Positions 48,560 to 59,141 of a stretch of 64,000 nt of DNA are shown here, one piece after another. Each line of letters starts with the position of its first letter. The stretch's first letter is position 1. Under the pieces are notes generated by a model. It searched no databases. It saw nothing but the letters and a program-made list of their open reading frames with translations, and was not told the DNA's origin. Origin of the DNA: Actinomycetota bacterium (GTDB taxonomy: Bacteria > Actinomycetota > Rubrobacteria > Rubrobacterales > Rubrobacteraceae); NCBI GenBank assembly GCA_046732815.1, contig JBKPNW010000063.1, positions 3,370 through 67,369 of the forward strand. The letters are read 5' to 3'. The position numbers and the translations under genes are program-made.

Positions 48560-49951
48560 GTGGAGCGCCGCGGACCAGAGCCGGAAGGAGCCTCTTTGGG
48601 ACCCGAAGATATCATCGCGCGGGCTGCGGAGGTGTTGCGGGAGAACGACATGGGCGGGTGGACCCGCGCTTCTCCCACGCTCTACCCGCACCAGTGGAGT
48701 TGGGACTCCGCCTTTATAGCCATCGGGCTGGCGCATCTGGACACGGGGCGGGCAGCCGGCGAGCTCAGGACCCTGCTCGCGTACCAGTGGAAGAACGGTA
48801 AGATCCCGCACATCGTCTTCAACCCGGAGGCGCCTCCTGAAAGCTACTTCCCCGGCCCCGAGCACTGGGCTAGCGCCACCGACTCCCCTGACGCCCCACC
48901 CGGTCCGTCTCTTACCAGTGGCCTGTGCCAGCCGCCCGTGCACGCGATCGCGGCCCGCCATATTCTCAGGGTCGCCGAAACGCGAGGCGATGGTGTCACC
49001 GAGACCAGGGCGTTCCTCGGCGAGGCCTATCCGAAGTTGTTCGCGTGGCACCGCTATCTTGCGACCCTGCGCGACCCGGAGGGCTCGGGACTCGTAACCA
49101 TTTACCATCCCTGGGAGAGTGGGACTGACAACTCCCCGCGCTGGGTTCCTGCGCTGGATCGGGTAGAGGTCGGGGAGATACCCGAATACGAGCGCCTCGA
49201 CCTGGACCACGTCCCTGACCCTGCGGAGCGTCCGACGGGCTACGAGTACGACCGCTTTATATGGCTGGTAGAAGTAATGAAACATGCTCGCTGCAACGAC
49301 GAAGTGCTTTACAGGACGAGCCCGTTCCTGGCCAAGGACGTGCTGGCGAGCGCGATCCTGGTGCGGGCCAACGAGGCTCTGCTGGACGTGGCCGAAGTCG
49401 TCGGAGCGCCGGAGGAAGACCGAACGACGACACGGGCCTGGATCGAACGCGGGCGACGGGGGCTGGATGAACGCTGGGACCCCAGGTTCGGCCTGTGCCT
49501 CGACTACGACCTGCGCGCCGGCGAATCCCTGGCAGCATGCACCATCGCTGGCTTCGCACCGCTCATCGCCGGTACGGGAAGCGCAGAGCGTCGGGGGAGG
49601 CTCCTCGACGTCCTCGACTCGCACGCTTTCACGGGCAACCCCGACCTCCGCAGGCCGCTCCCCCCGAGCACCAGCCCGGACGACGTGGGCTTCCGTCCGC
49701 GCAGCTACTGGCGCGGTCCCGTCTGGCCCGTGATGAACTGGCTGTTGTGGTGGTCTCTGGAGAGTTCGGGAGAAAGAAAACGAGCAGCCACACTCAGAAA
49801 CTGCGCCCTCGCGCAACTCTCCGACGGTCTCTTCGGCGAGTACTACGAGCCTTTTACGGGCGAGGCCCTGGGCTCCGATGATCAATCGTGGACGGCGGCC
49901 GTGGCCCTCGACTGGCTGGCGAATGAGGCGCCTGGGGAAAGACCGGCCTAA
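48560..49951 (+). CDS. GH63-like glycoside hydrolase (mannosylglycerate/glucosylglycerate hydrolase type)
   Basis: YPHQWSWDSAF, HPWESGTDNSPRW, YWRGPVW, QSWTAA. Confidence 0.82.
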   Translation: MERRGPEPEGASLGPEDIIARAAEVLRENDMGGWTRASPTLYPHQWSWDSAFIAIGLAHLDTGRAAGELRTLLAYQWKNGKIPHIVFNPEAPPESYFPGPEHWASATDSPDAPPGPSLTSGLCQPPVHAIAARHILRVAETRGDGVTETRAFLGEAYPKLFAWHRYLATLRDPEGSGLVTIYHPWESGTDNSPRWVPALDRVEVGEIPEYERLDLDHVPDPAERPTGYEYDRFIWLVEVMKHARCNDEVLYRTSPFLAKDVLASAILVRANEALLDVAEVVGAPEEDRTTTRAWIERGRRGLDERWDPRFGLCLDYDLRAGESLAACTIAGFAPLIAGTGSAERRGRLLDVLDSHAFTGNPDLRRPLPPSTSPDDVGFRPRSYWRGPVWPVMNWLLWWSLESSGERKRAATLRNCALAQLSDGLFGEYYEPFTGEALGSDDQSWTAAVALDWLANEAPGERPA

Positions 49952-50029
49952 CGACAAGGTTGCGCATCGGGCGTCTTGTGGCGGGAACCAATCGTGCCCG
50001 CGCTATAATCTCGCGAAGGTGGTGGATAG

Positions 50030-50719
50030 GTGGAGGCGTCCGTGGCGAAGATCCTCGTGGTCGATGACGAGCCGAATATCCGTGAAGTCGTGGGCCTTTA
50101 TCTGGGACGCGATGGCCACGACGTCGTCTCGGCCACGGACGGCGAGGAGGCGCTGGAAGTTTTCTCCGAGAGCGAGCCCGACCTCGTCGTCCTCGACCTG
50201 ATGCTACCCAAGATCAGCGGTCTCGAGGTGTGCCGCCGGATGAGGGAAGACCGGAGGGTGCCCCTGATCATGCTGACAGCCCGCGGCGACGAAGAGGAGC
50301 GTATCGTGGGCCTATCTCTGGGCGCGGACGACTACGTCGTGAAGCCTTTCTCCCCACGCGAGCTCGCCGCGCGGGTCGCCGCAGTCCTGCGGCGCGTGGA
50401 GGAATCTTCCGGGGATCAGCGGGTGCTCTCGTTCGACGAACTGCGGATAGACCCGAACACGCGCGAAGTCCTCGTGCGGGGAGGGCCGGTCGTGCTTACG
50501 GCCAGGGAGTTCGACCTCCTGTACATGCTAGCCTCGAGCCCTGGCAGGGTCTACACACGTGACCAGCTGATGGAGCTGGTCTGGGGGTATACCTTCTCCG
50601 CGGACACGAGCACCGTCACCGTGCACGTGCGGCGGCTGCGCGAGAAGGTCGAGCCAGACCCGGCGAGGCCCCGCTATTTGCAGACCGTTTGGGGCATCGG
50701 CTACAAGTTCGGGGGATGA
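50030..50719 (+). CDS. OmpR-family response regulator
   Basis: Receiver domain (VVDDE, LDLMLP, KPF) and winged helix (VTVHVRRLREK, TVWGIGY). Confidence 0.95.
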   Translation: MEASVAKILVVDDEPNIREVVGLYLGRDGHDVVSATDGEEALEVFSESEPDLVVLDLMLPKISGLEVCRRMREDRRVPLIMLTARGDEEERIVGLSLGADDYVVKPFSPRELAARVAAVLRRVEESSGDQRVLSFDELRIDPNTREVLVRGGPVVLTAREFDLLYMLASSPGRVYTRDQLMELVWGYTFSADTSTVTVHVRRLREKVEPDPARPRYLQTVWGIGYKFGG

Positions 50720-51957
50720 AAAGAGCACTCCGCACCGCCGTCGCAGCGCTGTTGTTCCTCGCCGCTTCGCTGGCGCTGGCCGTTTTCGCCGCATCGCTGT
50801 TCGGCGTGCCTTCGTCCGACCTTACGGCCGTGGCCGTGTTGCTCGGCGTGGCCGGTGGCGGCAGCGGGCTTGTGGCGCTGCTCCTGATCCGTCCGGCCGT
50901 GCTCGGACGCCTCGGCGGCGTGCGGGCGCAGCTCGTTGGCGCTGGTCTGATCGGGAGCCTCTTGCTCCTCGGCATGATGCTAGCGGGCGCGCGGGCCATG
51001 TTCATCTCGGGGCACGACCTTGCGCTGCTCTTGACGATGCTGACCTTCGCCGCGGCCCTCTCGGTCGGGTTTGGATTGCTCTACGCGATGCCGCTGTCGA
51101 GCCGCATCGGGCGCGTCAGGGCCGGTACGCAGCGGATCGCAGGTGGCCAACTCGGTTCCGAGATCAGGGTCGAGGGCCACGACGAGGTAGCCGGGCTGGC
51201 CGACGACTTCAACCGCATGGCGCGGGCCCTAGAGAGAGCGGCGGAGCGCGAGCGAGAGATGGAGCTGGCGCGGCGAGACCTCGTCGCCGCCGTCTCCCAC
51301 GATCTGCGGACGCCCCTCGCCTCGACGAGGGCCCTTATAGAAGCCCTCGCAGACGGCGTCGCCACCGACCCGCAGACCGAAAGACGCTATCTCTCCTCGG
51401 CCAGCCGTGAGCTGGAACATTTGAGCCGTCTGGTCGATGACCTCTTCGAGTTGGCCAGGATAGACGCGGGGCTCTTGCAGCTCACGCTGGAAGAAGCCTC
51501 GCTGCACGATCTGATCTCCGACACCATCTCGAGCTTCCAGCCGCAAGCCGAACGGAAGGGCGTGCGCCTCGCGGGCGAGATCTCGGACGATGTCGATCCC
51601 GTGCTCGCGAACCCACCCAGGCTTCAGCGCGTGCTCCACAACCTCGTCTCCAACGCCCTGCGCCACACTCCATCAGATGGCGCCGTAATCCTGCGCGCGA
51701 CACGCGAAGGGGAAGAGGCACGCGTCGAGGTCTCCGACACGGGCGAAGGCATAGCGCCCGACGAGCTGTCTCACGTCTTCGAACGCTCCTTCCGCGGCGA
51801 ACAGTCGCGGACCCGTCGCGAGAAGGAGGATGCGCCGAGCACTGGACTGGGGCTCGCGATCGCGCGCGGCCTCGTCGAAGCGCACGGCGGCACTATGGAC
51901 GTCGAGAGCGACCTCGGACGAGGCTCGCACTTCTATTTCACCCTAAAGCGCGCCTGA
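50716..51957 (+). CDS. HAMP-containing sensor histidine kinase
   Basis: SHDLRTPL H box, NLVSNA N box, DTGEGI and GLGL G boxes; ATGA overlap with the regulator. Confidence 0.95.
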   Translation: MKRALRTAVAALLFLAASLALAVFAASLFGVPSSDLTAVAVLLGVAGGGSGLVALLLIRPAVLGRLGGVRAQLVGAGLIGSLLLLGMMLAGARAMFISGHDLALLLTMLTFAAALSVGFGLLYAMPLSSRIGRVRAGTQRIAGGQLGSEIRVEGHDEVAGLADDFNRMARALERAAEREREMELARRDLVAAVSHDLRTPLASTRALIEALADGVATDPQTERRYLSSASRELEHLSRLVDDLFELARIDAGLLQLTLEEASLHDLISDTISSFQPQAERKGVRLAGEISDDVDPVLANPPRLQRVLHNLVSNALRHTPSDGAVILRATREGEEARVEVSDTGEGIAPDELSHVFERSFRGEQSRTRREKEDAPSTGLGLAIARGLVEAHGGTMDVESDLGRGSHFYFTLKRA

Positions 51958-51962
51958 TACCG

Positions 51963-51985
51963 GGACGGCTCACGAACCGTCCTAC
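51963..51985 (-). repeat. GTAG-type REP supplying the trpC stop codon
   Basis: ggacgg-ctcacgaa-ccgtcc-tac; the TAG of GTAG is the trpC stop (51982-51984). Confidence 0.7.
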
Positions 51986-52749
51986 GGCAGGGACGACAGG
52001 CGGGCGACGAGGCCGGGATCTCGCATCGCTGCTTCGCCTACGAGAACCGCGTCGGCGCCGGCGTTGCGCAGACGCCTTGCGTCTTCGGGGTTCTTGATGC
52101 CGCTCTCGGCGACGAGGGTGGCGCCGGCGAGTCTGGGGGCCAGGCGCTCGAAGGTGCCGAGGTCAACGGTGAAGTCCCTGAGGTCCCGATTGTTGACGCC
52201 GATGACGCGGGCGCCTGATTCGAGGGCCAGGTTCGCCTCTTCCTCGTCGTGGATCTCCACGAGCGGCGTCAGGCCGACTTCTACGGCCAGCGAGACGTAG
52301 CGGGCGAGCGAGGCCGCGTCGAAGAGCGCCGCTAAAAGCAACACGGCGTCGGCCCTGGTCCCGGTCTCGAGGATCTGGGCCTCGTCGACGGTGAAGTCTT
52401 TGCGCAGCACCGGCAGGATAGTTGTGTTCCGCGCGGCGTCGAGGTCTTCGAGGCTCCCCGCGAAGCGATCCGGCTCGGTGAGGACAGAGAGGCAACTCGC
52501 GCCTTCGACCTGGTATCGCTGGCCCCACTCGGCCGGATCTGCTTCGCGGATAAAGCCTGCCGAGGGTGAGGCTCGTTTTATCTCGGAGATCACGGAGAGC
52601 CCCGGTGCCGAGAGGGCGCCAGCGAAGTCCCTCTTCTCGTAGAGCAGCGCTTCCTGGTAGAGGTTGCCGAGGTCTGTGCTGGCACGCAGATCCCGTGCCC
52701 GCGCTATGGCCGCTGTGGCCAGCTCGTCGAGAACGGTGGCGCGCTTCAA
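51982..52749 (-). CDS. trpC: Indole-3-glycerol phosphate synthase
   Basis: ISEIKRASPS, LSVLTE, LRKDF, GVNNRDL, ESGI. Confidence 0.95.
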   Translation of the reverse strand: MKRATVLDELATAAIARARDLRASTDLGNLYQEALLYEKRDFAGALSAPGLSVISEIKRASPSAGFIREADPAEWGQRYQVEGASCLSVLTEPDRFAGSLEDLDAARNTTILPVLRKDFTVDEAQILETGTRADAVLLLAALFDAASLARYVSLAVEVGLTPLVEIHDEEEANLALESGARVIGVNNRDLRDFTVDLGTFERLAPRLAGATLVAESGIKNPEDARRLRNAGADAVLVGEAAMRDPGLVARLSSLP

Positions 52750-53783
52750 GCGGTCCCCGAGAGGCGGCGGGTGGTCTTTATGAAGTCTTCCAGGGCCCTG
52801 ACGGCGGCCCCTCCGTTTATGGAATCGTGTGCCAGACGGACGCCGTCTTCTACAGTCTTGGCTTTGCCCGAGACGTGTATCGCGGCGCCCGCGTTGAGGA
52901 GGACGATGTCGCGGGAGGCCCCTCTCTCTTCGCCGGTGAGGATGTCGCGGAGGATGCGGGCGTTGAGGTGCGCGTCGCCGCCGAGCAGGCCGTCGGGGGC
53001 GTGGAGGGGGAGGCCGAAGTCTTCCGGTGAGATCTCGTACTCCTCCAACTCTCCGTCGGAGACGTCCGCGACCAGGGTTTTATCGGTCACCGTGATCTCA
53101 TCCATCCCGTCGGTCCCGTGGACGACGAGCGCCTTCTCGGCCCCGAGGTCCCTTAGCGCCTCGGCGACGAGACGCACGTAGGCACGACCGAAGACCCCGA
53201 CGAGCTGACGTCTGGCCCCCGCGGGGTTGGTCAGCGGCCCGAGCAGGTTGAAGACGGTCCTGAAGGGTAGCTCCGCCCGCACGGGGGCCACGAACCGCAT
53301 CGCGGGGTGGTGCGTGCGGGCGAACATGAACCCGATGCCGGCCTCGGCGATGCAGCGGGAGACCTCTGCGGGGCCGAGATCTATCTCCGCTCCGAGCGCC
53401 TCGAGCACGTCGGCGCTGCCGGCCAGGCTCGTCGCCGCCCTGTTGCCATGTTTGGCGACCACGACGCCAGCCCCACGCGCCACAAACGCGGCCGCCGTCG
53501 AGACGTTGATGGTTCCCTTGGCGTCCCCGCCCGTGCCGCAGGTATCGACGACGCCCTCGGGGGCCTCGACCCTCGCGGCGAAGCGGCGCATCGCGCGGGC
53601 GAAGCCGACGATCTCGGGCACGGCCTCCCCCTTGACGCGCAGCGCGGTGAGGAGCGCGGCCACGGCCGCGGGGGGAGCATTGCCCTCCATGACGGTCTCG
53701 AGCGCCCGTTCCGCTTCGCCCTCGCTCAGGACCTCCCCATCGGCGGCCTTGCGGAGCGTCTCGCGCAACAAGAGTCTGCTCAG
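52746..53783 (-). CDS. trpD: Anthranilate phosphoribosyltransferase
   Basis: [34 protein letters not shown]. Start uncertain (CTG overlapping the trpG stop, or TTG at 53771). Confidence 0.95.
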   Translation of the reverse strand: MSRLLLRETLRKAADGEVLSEGEAERALETVMEGNAPPAAVAALLTALRVKGEAVPEIVGFARAMRRFAARVEAPEGVVDTCGTGGDAKGTINVSTAAAFVARGAGVVVAKHGNRAATSLAGSADVLEALGAEIDLGPAEVSRCIAEAGIGFMFARTHHPAMRFVAPVRAELPFRTVFNLLGPLTNPAGARRQLVGVFGRAYVRLVAEALRDLGAEKALVVHGTDGMDEITVTDKTLVADVSDGELEEYEISPEDFGLPLHAPDGLLGGDAHLNARILRDILTGEERGASRDIVLLNAGAAIHVSGKAKTVEDGVRLAHDSINGGAAVRALEDFIKTTRRLSGTA

Positions 53784-54343
53784 AGCCCCAGGAAGTTCTT
53801 CAGGAGGTCGTGACCGCTGCGGGTCAGGATGCTCTCCGGATGGAACTGCACGCCCTCGACAGGGAACTCGCGGTGCCTGACGCCCATGATCGTACCGTCT
53901 TCGGTACGGCTGGTGACGACGAGGCATTCCGGCAGTGAATCGGGTTCGATCACGAGCGAGTGGTAGCGCGTCGCCTCGAAGCCCTGATCGAGGCCCCTGT
54001 AGACTCCCTTGCCGTCGTGGATTATCCTCGCCGTCTTGCCGTGGACGGGCTCGCCGCGCACGACTTCGGCGCCGAAGGCCTGGCCGATGGACTGATGGCC
54101 CAGGCAGACGCCTAAAGTAGGGATGCTCTCACCGACGCGCTCGATAAGCTCGACAGAGACCCCAGCCTCGTGCGGCGTGCAGGGACCGGGGGAGACTACT
54201 ATCCTATCCGGGTGGAGCGCGGAGACCTCCTCCGGCGTGATCTCGTCGTTACGCCGCACGAGGACCTCGGCCCCGAGCTCCCCGAGATACTGAACCAGGT
54301 TGTACGTAAAGGAGTCGTAGTTGTCTATGACGAGGACCCGCAT
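53780..54343 (-). CDS. trpG: Anthranilate/aminodeoxychorismate synthase glutamine amidotransferase component II
   Basis: [33 protein letters not shown]. Confidence 0.93.
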   Translation of the reverse strand: MRVLVIDNYDSFTYNLVQYLGELGAEVLVRRNDEITPEEVSALHPDRIVVSPGPCTPHEAGVSVELIERVGESIPTLGVCLGHQSIGQAFGAEVVRGEPVHGKTARIIHDGKGVYRGLDQGFEATRYHSLVIEPDSLPECLVVTSRTEDGTIMGVRHREFPVEGVQFHPESILTRSGHDLLKNFLGL

Positions 54344-54394
54344 AAGTGGAGCGATTTTAGCGGATAAGCCGTCCATGAACAGGGAGGAGAAGCC

Positions 54395-55345
54395 TTGACT
54401 TTGCTCCTTACCGAGAACGAGGTCGAAGCCCTTCTCGACATGCCAGAGGCGTTGGATGCTGTCGAGTCGGTGTTGCGCCAGCATGCTGAAGGACGCGCCA
54501 CCAACCGCGCCAGACGCCGCGTGGCCCTCCCCACGGGCGGGCTCAACTACATGGCCGCGGGGGCCCCCGAGATCGGGGCCCTCGGTCTCAAGGCCTACAC
54601 CGTTGCGCGCACCGGCGCCCGCTTCTACACGATGCTCTTCGACCCCGAGGGTGGGGAGTTGCTCTCCATCATGCAGTCGGACAGGCTGGGACAGGTGCGC
54701 ACGGGCGCGGCGAGCGGGGTCGCGACCAAGCACCTCGCCCGTAAAGACGCGGACACCCTAGGAATCTACGGTGCCGGCTGGCAGGCAGAGAGCCAGCTCG
54801 AGGCCATAGCGGCCGTCAGGGACCTCGAGAGGGTCATCGTCTACAGCCGCAGCGAGGAGTCGCGCAAGGAGTTCGCGGAGAAGATGGGTGCCCGACTCGG
54901 GATGGAGATAGAGACCACCCACGCGGCGGAGGAGCCCGCGGCCCAAGATATCGTCGTTACTGTGACCTCATCGAGGGAACCCGTGCTCCTCGGGGAGTGG
55001 CTCAGGCCAGGGGCGCACGTCAACGCCGCCGGATCCAACTTCCTGTTCAAGAGCGAGATCGACCGCGAGGTCGTAAGGCGGGCCGGTTTCGTATGCGCCG
55101 ACTCGCGCGAGGAGCTCGGTCTCGAGGCGGGAGACCTGATGCAATCCCTCGAGACCGGCGCTATCCTCCCCGAGGCCGTCTACGAACTGGGCCAGGTCAT
55201 CGCGGGACAGGTGCCTGGCCGCAGCGGCCCCGAGGACATAACCCTCTTCGCGAGCCAGGGCCTCGCGCTAGAGGACATGGCCGCGGCCCGCGTCGTCTAC
55301 GACCGCGCAATAGAGCGCGACGTCGGCAGGGACATTGACCTGTAG
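54395..55345 (+). CDS. Ornithine cyclodeaminase / mu-crystallin family protein
   Basis: [38 protein letters not shown]. Confidence 0.9.
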   Translation: MTLLLTENEVEALLDMPEALDAVESVLRQHAEGRATNRARRRVALPTGGLNYMAAGAPEIGALGLKAYTVARTGARFYTMLFDPEGGELLSIMQSDRLGQVRTGAASGVATKHLARKDADTLGIYGAGWQAESQLEAIAAVRDLERVIVYSRSEESRKEFAEKMGARLGMEIETTHAAEEPAAQDIVVTVTSSREPVLLGEWLRPGAHVNAAGSNFLFKSEIDREVVRRAGFVCADSREELGLEAGDLMQSLETGAILPEAVYELGQVIAGQVPGRSGPEDITLFASQGLALEDMAAARVVYDRAIERDVGRDIDL

Positions 55346-55382
55346 AGAGAAGGTGCCCAAAAGGGCGGTTCGCAAACCAAAA

Positions 55383-55407
55383 GGGCGGATTTCAAAACCG
55401 CCCCTAC
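55383..55407 (-). repeat. GTAG-type REP (partial tandem copy at 55363-55378)
   Basis: gggcggatttcaaaaccgcccctac. Confidence 0.75.
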
Positions 55408-55420
55408 AGGGTCCGCGGCC

Positions 55421-56581
55421 GTGAGCGGTGTGCCTGCAGAAAACCGGTCGGCGCTGCGCGTGCCCAGGCTCGCGGTGCTCGGGGTGTTTTTCGCCAACGG
55501 GGTCGTGATCGGGACCTGGGTGGTGAGGATACCCGCCGTGCAAGGTCGGCTCGGCCTCAGCGAGGGCCTGCTCGGCGTCGCCCTGCTCGGGGCCGCGGTC
55601 GGGGCCCTGGCAGCCATGCCGCTGGTCGGGGCGCTGGTCTCGCGCTTGGGGAGCCGTCGCATCGTTGGTAGTACGGCGGCGCTGCTCGTGCTCGCGCTCG
55701 TCACGCCGGCGCTGGCGCCGAAGCTGCTCTTGCTCGTTCCCGCCCTCATGCTGCTCGGCGCGGCGAACGGCGGGCTCGACGTCGCGATGAACGCGCAAGC
55801 CGTCGAGGTCGAGCGAGGGTACGGGCGTCCGATCATGTCCTCCTTCCACGCGGCCTGGAGCTTCGGGGGCCTCGCCGGGGCCGCGCTCGGCGGGCTCCTG
55901 GCGTCCCGGGGAGTGGGGCCCCTGCCCCACTTCTCCGCTGTGGCCATCCTGGCCGCGATAGCCTTCGCCGTCGCCTACAAGGCACTCTTGCCCTCGGACG
56001 CCGACGCCTCCGAGGAAGGTGCTCCCGCGTTCGCCCGTCCGACCCGTGCCCTCCTGGGGCTCGGGGTCATCTCGTTCTGCGTTCTTCTCGGGGAGGGCGC
56101 GATGGGAGACTGGAGCGCCGTCTACCTGGAGAACACTTTGAGAACGGGCCCTGGCTTCGCGGCCGCGGGCTACGCGGCGTTCTCCGTCTCCATGGCCTTC
56201 GGACGCCTCTTCGGGGACTGGTTCATGGAGCGTCTTGGTCCTGCCACCCTCGTCCGCTCCTGCGGCGCCCTCGCCGCCACTGGACTGGGGATCGCCCTGG
56301 CCGTGGGACAGCCCTTCGTCGCGCTCCTCGGCTTCGCCTGCGCCGGCGCCGGCTTCTCCATAGTCTTCCCCGCGGCCCTCAGCGCCGCGGGACGCACCGA
56401 GGGCATCGCCACGGGACCGGCCCTCGCCGCCGTCTCCACCGCGGCGTACACGGGCTTCCTCGTCGGCCCGCCTTCCATAGGTTTCCTGGCTGAAGCGACG
56501 AACCTGGGCTACGCACTCTACCTGGTCGTAGCCCTCAGCATCGCCGTCGCCATCTTCGCCGGAGCCGTAAAGTCAAAGTAG
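55421..56581 (+). CDS. MFS transporter
   Basis: About 12 TM segments; W..RIP, DVAMN, IMSSFHA.WS.G, GR..GD patterns. Confidence 0.9.
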   Translation: MSGVPAENRSALRVPRLAVLGVFFANGVVIGTWVVRIPAVQGRLGLSEGLLGVALLGAAVGALAAMPLVGALVSRLGSRRIVGSTAALLVLALVTPALAPKLLLLVPALMLLGAANGGLDVAMNAQAVEVERGYGRPIMSSFHAAWSFGGLAGAALGGLLASRGVGPLPHFSAVAILAAIAFAVAYKALLPSDADASEEGAPAFARPTRALLGLGVISFCVLLGEGAMGDWSAVYLENTLRTGPGFAAAGYAAFSVSMAFGRLFGDWFMERLGPATLVRSCGALAATGLGIALAVGQPFVALLGFACAGAGFSIVFPAALSAAGRTEGIATGPALAAVSTAAYTGFLVGPPSIGFLAEATNLGYALYLVVALSIAVAIFAGAVKSK

Positions 56582-56608
56582 TCTAGAATGCCAACCTCAA
56601 CCAAGAAA

Positions 56609-56678
56609 GCTGAAATGCTGACAAGCGAGGGCCTGTAAGGCCCGCAGCGTGCTGAAATGCTATGACGACCGCAGGGAG
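56609..56678. repeat. GCTGA-array half element E11 with terminal RBS hairpin
   Basis: gctga units with the GGGCCT-GTA-AGGCCC module (near-identical to the reverse complement of 15777-15815), then cgaccgcagggag. Confidence 0.88.
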
Positions 56679-56683
56679 GAATA

Positions 56684-59116
56684 TTGTCCGAGACCTTCGA
56701 GAAGCAGCCCGAGACAGGGGGCCACTTCGAGCCACTCGGCCCCGCGGAGTTGCTCGACCATACGGACAACGGCTTGCGGGTGAGGGCCGGGGCCACGACC
56801 GTCGAGGTGGCAGCCCTGGCCCCCGACCTCTTCAGGGTCGGGATGTTCCCCGCCGGCGGCCCGCCGAGGTACGACTCTGAGGCTATAGCCAAAGAGGATT
56901 GGGAGCCTGTGGAGGTCTCCATGCAGGAGTCCGACGATGAGCTCACGCTCTCGACCACCGCGGCGACGGCGCGTGTCTCCTTGCATCCCCTGCGGATAGG
57001 GTTCGCCGACCTTTCCGGCAGGGAGTTCGCGGTCGACGACGAGGAGCTCGGGATGGGCGCCGTCGAGACGCCTGGCGCCGACGTCTTCTCCGAACCTTTG
57101 GGAAGCCCGGTTCGGCTCTACAAAAAGCGGGCTCCAGGAGAAAGGTACTTTGGGTGCGGCGAGCGGACGAGCGGGCTGGAGAAGACGGGTTCTCATCAGA
57201 TCTTCTACAACGTCGACCCGCCGCTCGGGCACACCGCCTCGTTCAATAACCTCTACAGTTCCATCCCTTTCACTTTCTCGATGACGAACGGTAAGGCCCA
57301 CGGGCTCTTCTTCGATAACACCCACAGGGTCGAGTTCGACCTCGCGCTGGAGGACGAGAACCGCGCGTACTACGGAGCCGAGGCCGGTAACATCGTGTAC
57401 TACGTCTTCTGTGGGCCGACCCCGAGGGAGGTAGTCGGCCGCTACACCGAGCTCACGGGCCGCACCCCCATGCCGCCGCTCTGGAGTCTGGGGAACCAGC
57501 AGTGCCGCTACTCCTACATGAACGAGGAGGAGGTAAGGGAGGTCGCGCGTGGTTTCAGGGAGCGGGACATCCCGTGCGATGTGATCTACCTCGACATCCA
57601 TTACATGGATGGCTACAGGGTCTTCACCTGGAACGAGGACCGCTTCCCCGACCCGCGGCGCTTGATCTCCGACCTCGGGGAGCAGGGCTTCCGCATCGTC
57701 ACCATCGTCGACCCTGGCGTGAAGGTGGACGAGAACTACCCCGTCTACACCGACGGACGAGAGAAGGACCTGTACTGCAAGACCAGGGATGGGGAAGAGT
57801 ACCAGAACGCCGTGTGGCCCGGCGTGTGCGCCTTCCCGGACTTCACCAACCCCGAGACGCGCCGGTGGTGGGGCGACAACCAGAAGGTCCTTACCGATGC
57901 CGGGGTGGCGGGGATCTGGTGCGACATGAACGAGCCGGCGCTCTTCATACCCGCCGGGGCAACGATGCCTGACGACGTGGTTCATCCCGGCGGAAAGTCC
58001 GGCGAGGCCAGGTGGCACGCCCAGATCCACAACACCTACGGCTCTTTGATGGCCCGCGCTGCCAGGGAGGGCCTTCTGGCTCTCAAGCCCGACGAGAGAC
58101 CGTTCGTGATCACGCGCGCCGGCTACGCCGGTTTGCAGCGCCACGCCATGCAGTGGACCGGAGACAACTCGAGCTGGTGGGAGCACCTGTGGATGAGCAT
58201 GCCCCAGCTCCAGAACCTCGCCCTCTCCGGCGTCGCCTGGGCCGGTGTCGACATCGGGGGGTTCGGGGGCGACACCAACGGGGAGCTCCTGGCCCGCTGG
58301 TACGAGTTCGGGATCTTCCAACCCTACTGCCGCAACCACACCACGATAGGGACCCGTCGCCAGGAGCCCTGGGCGTTCGGCGAGCCCTACGTGTCGGTGT
58401 GCCGCAAGATGGTCAAGCTCCGCCAGCGGCTCCTCCCCTACCTCTACGCGCTCTTCGAGGAGTGCCACCGGACGGGCGCGCCGATCCTGCGCCCCCTCCT
58501 GTTCGAGTACCCAGAAGACGAGATTACCTACACGGCCGACGACGAGTTCTTGCTCGGCGACGCCCTCCTCGTCGCCCCCACAACCCGCCCTGGCATCGAG
58601 CACCGCCACGTGTATCTGCCTGAGGGCACCTGGTTCCACTACTACGGCGGCGAACGCTTTCACGGGCCCACCCACATCCTTGCGCACGCCCCTTTGGGAG
58701 AGCCCGCCCTCTACGTCAAGGCGAACACCGCGATCCCAATGGGCCCGGACGCGTCCCACACCGGCGAGGGACCGACCGACCCGCTGACGCTGCTAATTTA
58801 CCCGGCCCAGGGCAAAGGAGAATCCACCCTCTACGAGGATGTGGGCAACGGCTTCGGCTATATGGAAGGGGAGTACGCCAGGCGCAGGGTCTCCTGCGAG
58901 TCATCGGACGACCGCATTACCGTCCGCATCGGTGAACGCGAGGGCTCGTTCGCCCCAGAGCGCGAGGAGGTTCGCCTGGAGTTGCGCGGCGTTGCGGCGG
59001 CGCAGAGCGTCCTCGTGGACGGCGAGGAGCGTGGGCCGGTACGTGAGGAGGACGGCGCGCTCACCGTCCCGCTCGGTGAGGAGGCCGGCTCGACGACGGT
59101 AGTGGTGACCCTCTAG
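56684..59116 (+). CDS. GH31 alpha-glucosidase
   Basis: PMPPLWSLG.QQCRYSY, LDIHYMDG, WCDMNEP nucleophile, WTGDN, D.GGF. Confidence 0.93.
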   Translation: MSETFEKQPETGGHFEPLGPAELLDHTDNGLRVRAGATTVEVAALAPDLFRVGMFPAGGPPRYDSEAIAKEDWEPVEVSMQESDDELTLSTTAATARVSLHPLRIGFADLSGREFAVDDEELGMGAVETPGADVFSEPLGSPVRLYKKRAPGERYFGCGERTSGLEKTGSHQIFYNVDPPLGHTASFNNLYSSIPFTFSMTNGKAHGLFFDNTHRVEFDLALEDENRAYYGAEAGNIVYYVFCGPTPREVVGRYTELTGRTPMPPLWSLGNQQCRYSYMNEEEVREVARGFRERDIPCDVIYLDIHYMDGYRVFTWNEDRFPDPRRLISDLGEQGFRIVTIVDPGVKVDENYPVYTDGREKDLYCKTRDGEEYQNAVWPGVCAFPDFTNPETRRWWGDNQKVLTDAGVAGIWCDMNEPALFIPAGATMPDDVVHPGGKSGEARWHAQIHNTYGSLMARAAREGLLALKPDERPFVITRAGYAGLQRHAMQWTGDNSSWWEHLWMSMPQLQNLALSGVAWAGVDIGGFGGDTNGELLARWYEFGIFQPYCRNHTTIGTRRQEPWAFGEPYVSVCRKMVKLRQRLLPYLYALFEECHRTGAPILRPLLFEYPEDEITYTADDEFLLGDALLVAPTTRPGIEHRHVYLPEGTWFHYYGGERFHGPTHILAHAPLGEPALYVKANTAIPMGPDASHTGEGPTDPLTLLIYPAQGKGESTLYEDVGNGFGYMEGEYARRRVSCESSDDRITVRIGEREGSFAPEREEVRLELRGVAAAQSVLVDGEERGPVREEDGALTVPLGEEAGSTTVVVTL

Positions 59117-59141
59117 CATCCAGACGCCGGGAGGAAGAACG

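Noticed and set aside
48393-48560. trp attenuator upstream of trpF
   Set aside because: The only upstream mini-ORF (MVSQPLSMSARSKT) has no Trp codons, and no T-box or antiterminator was visible.
56660-58759. Long antisense ORFs (699 aa here; also 11694-13484, 26341-28503, 29584-31008, 48467-49957)
   Set aside because: These are stop-poor shadows of genuine high-GC genes on the opposite strand, with no motifs or RBS.
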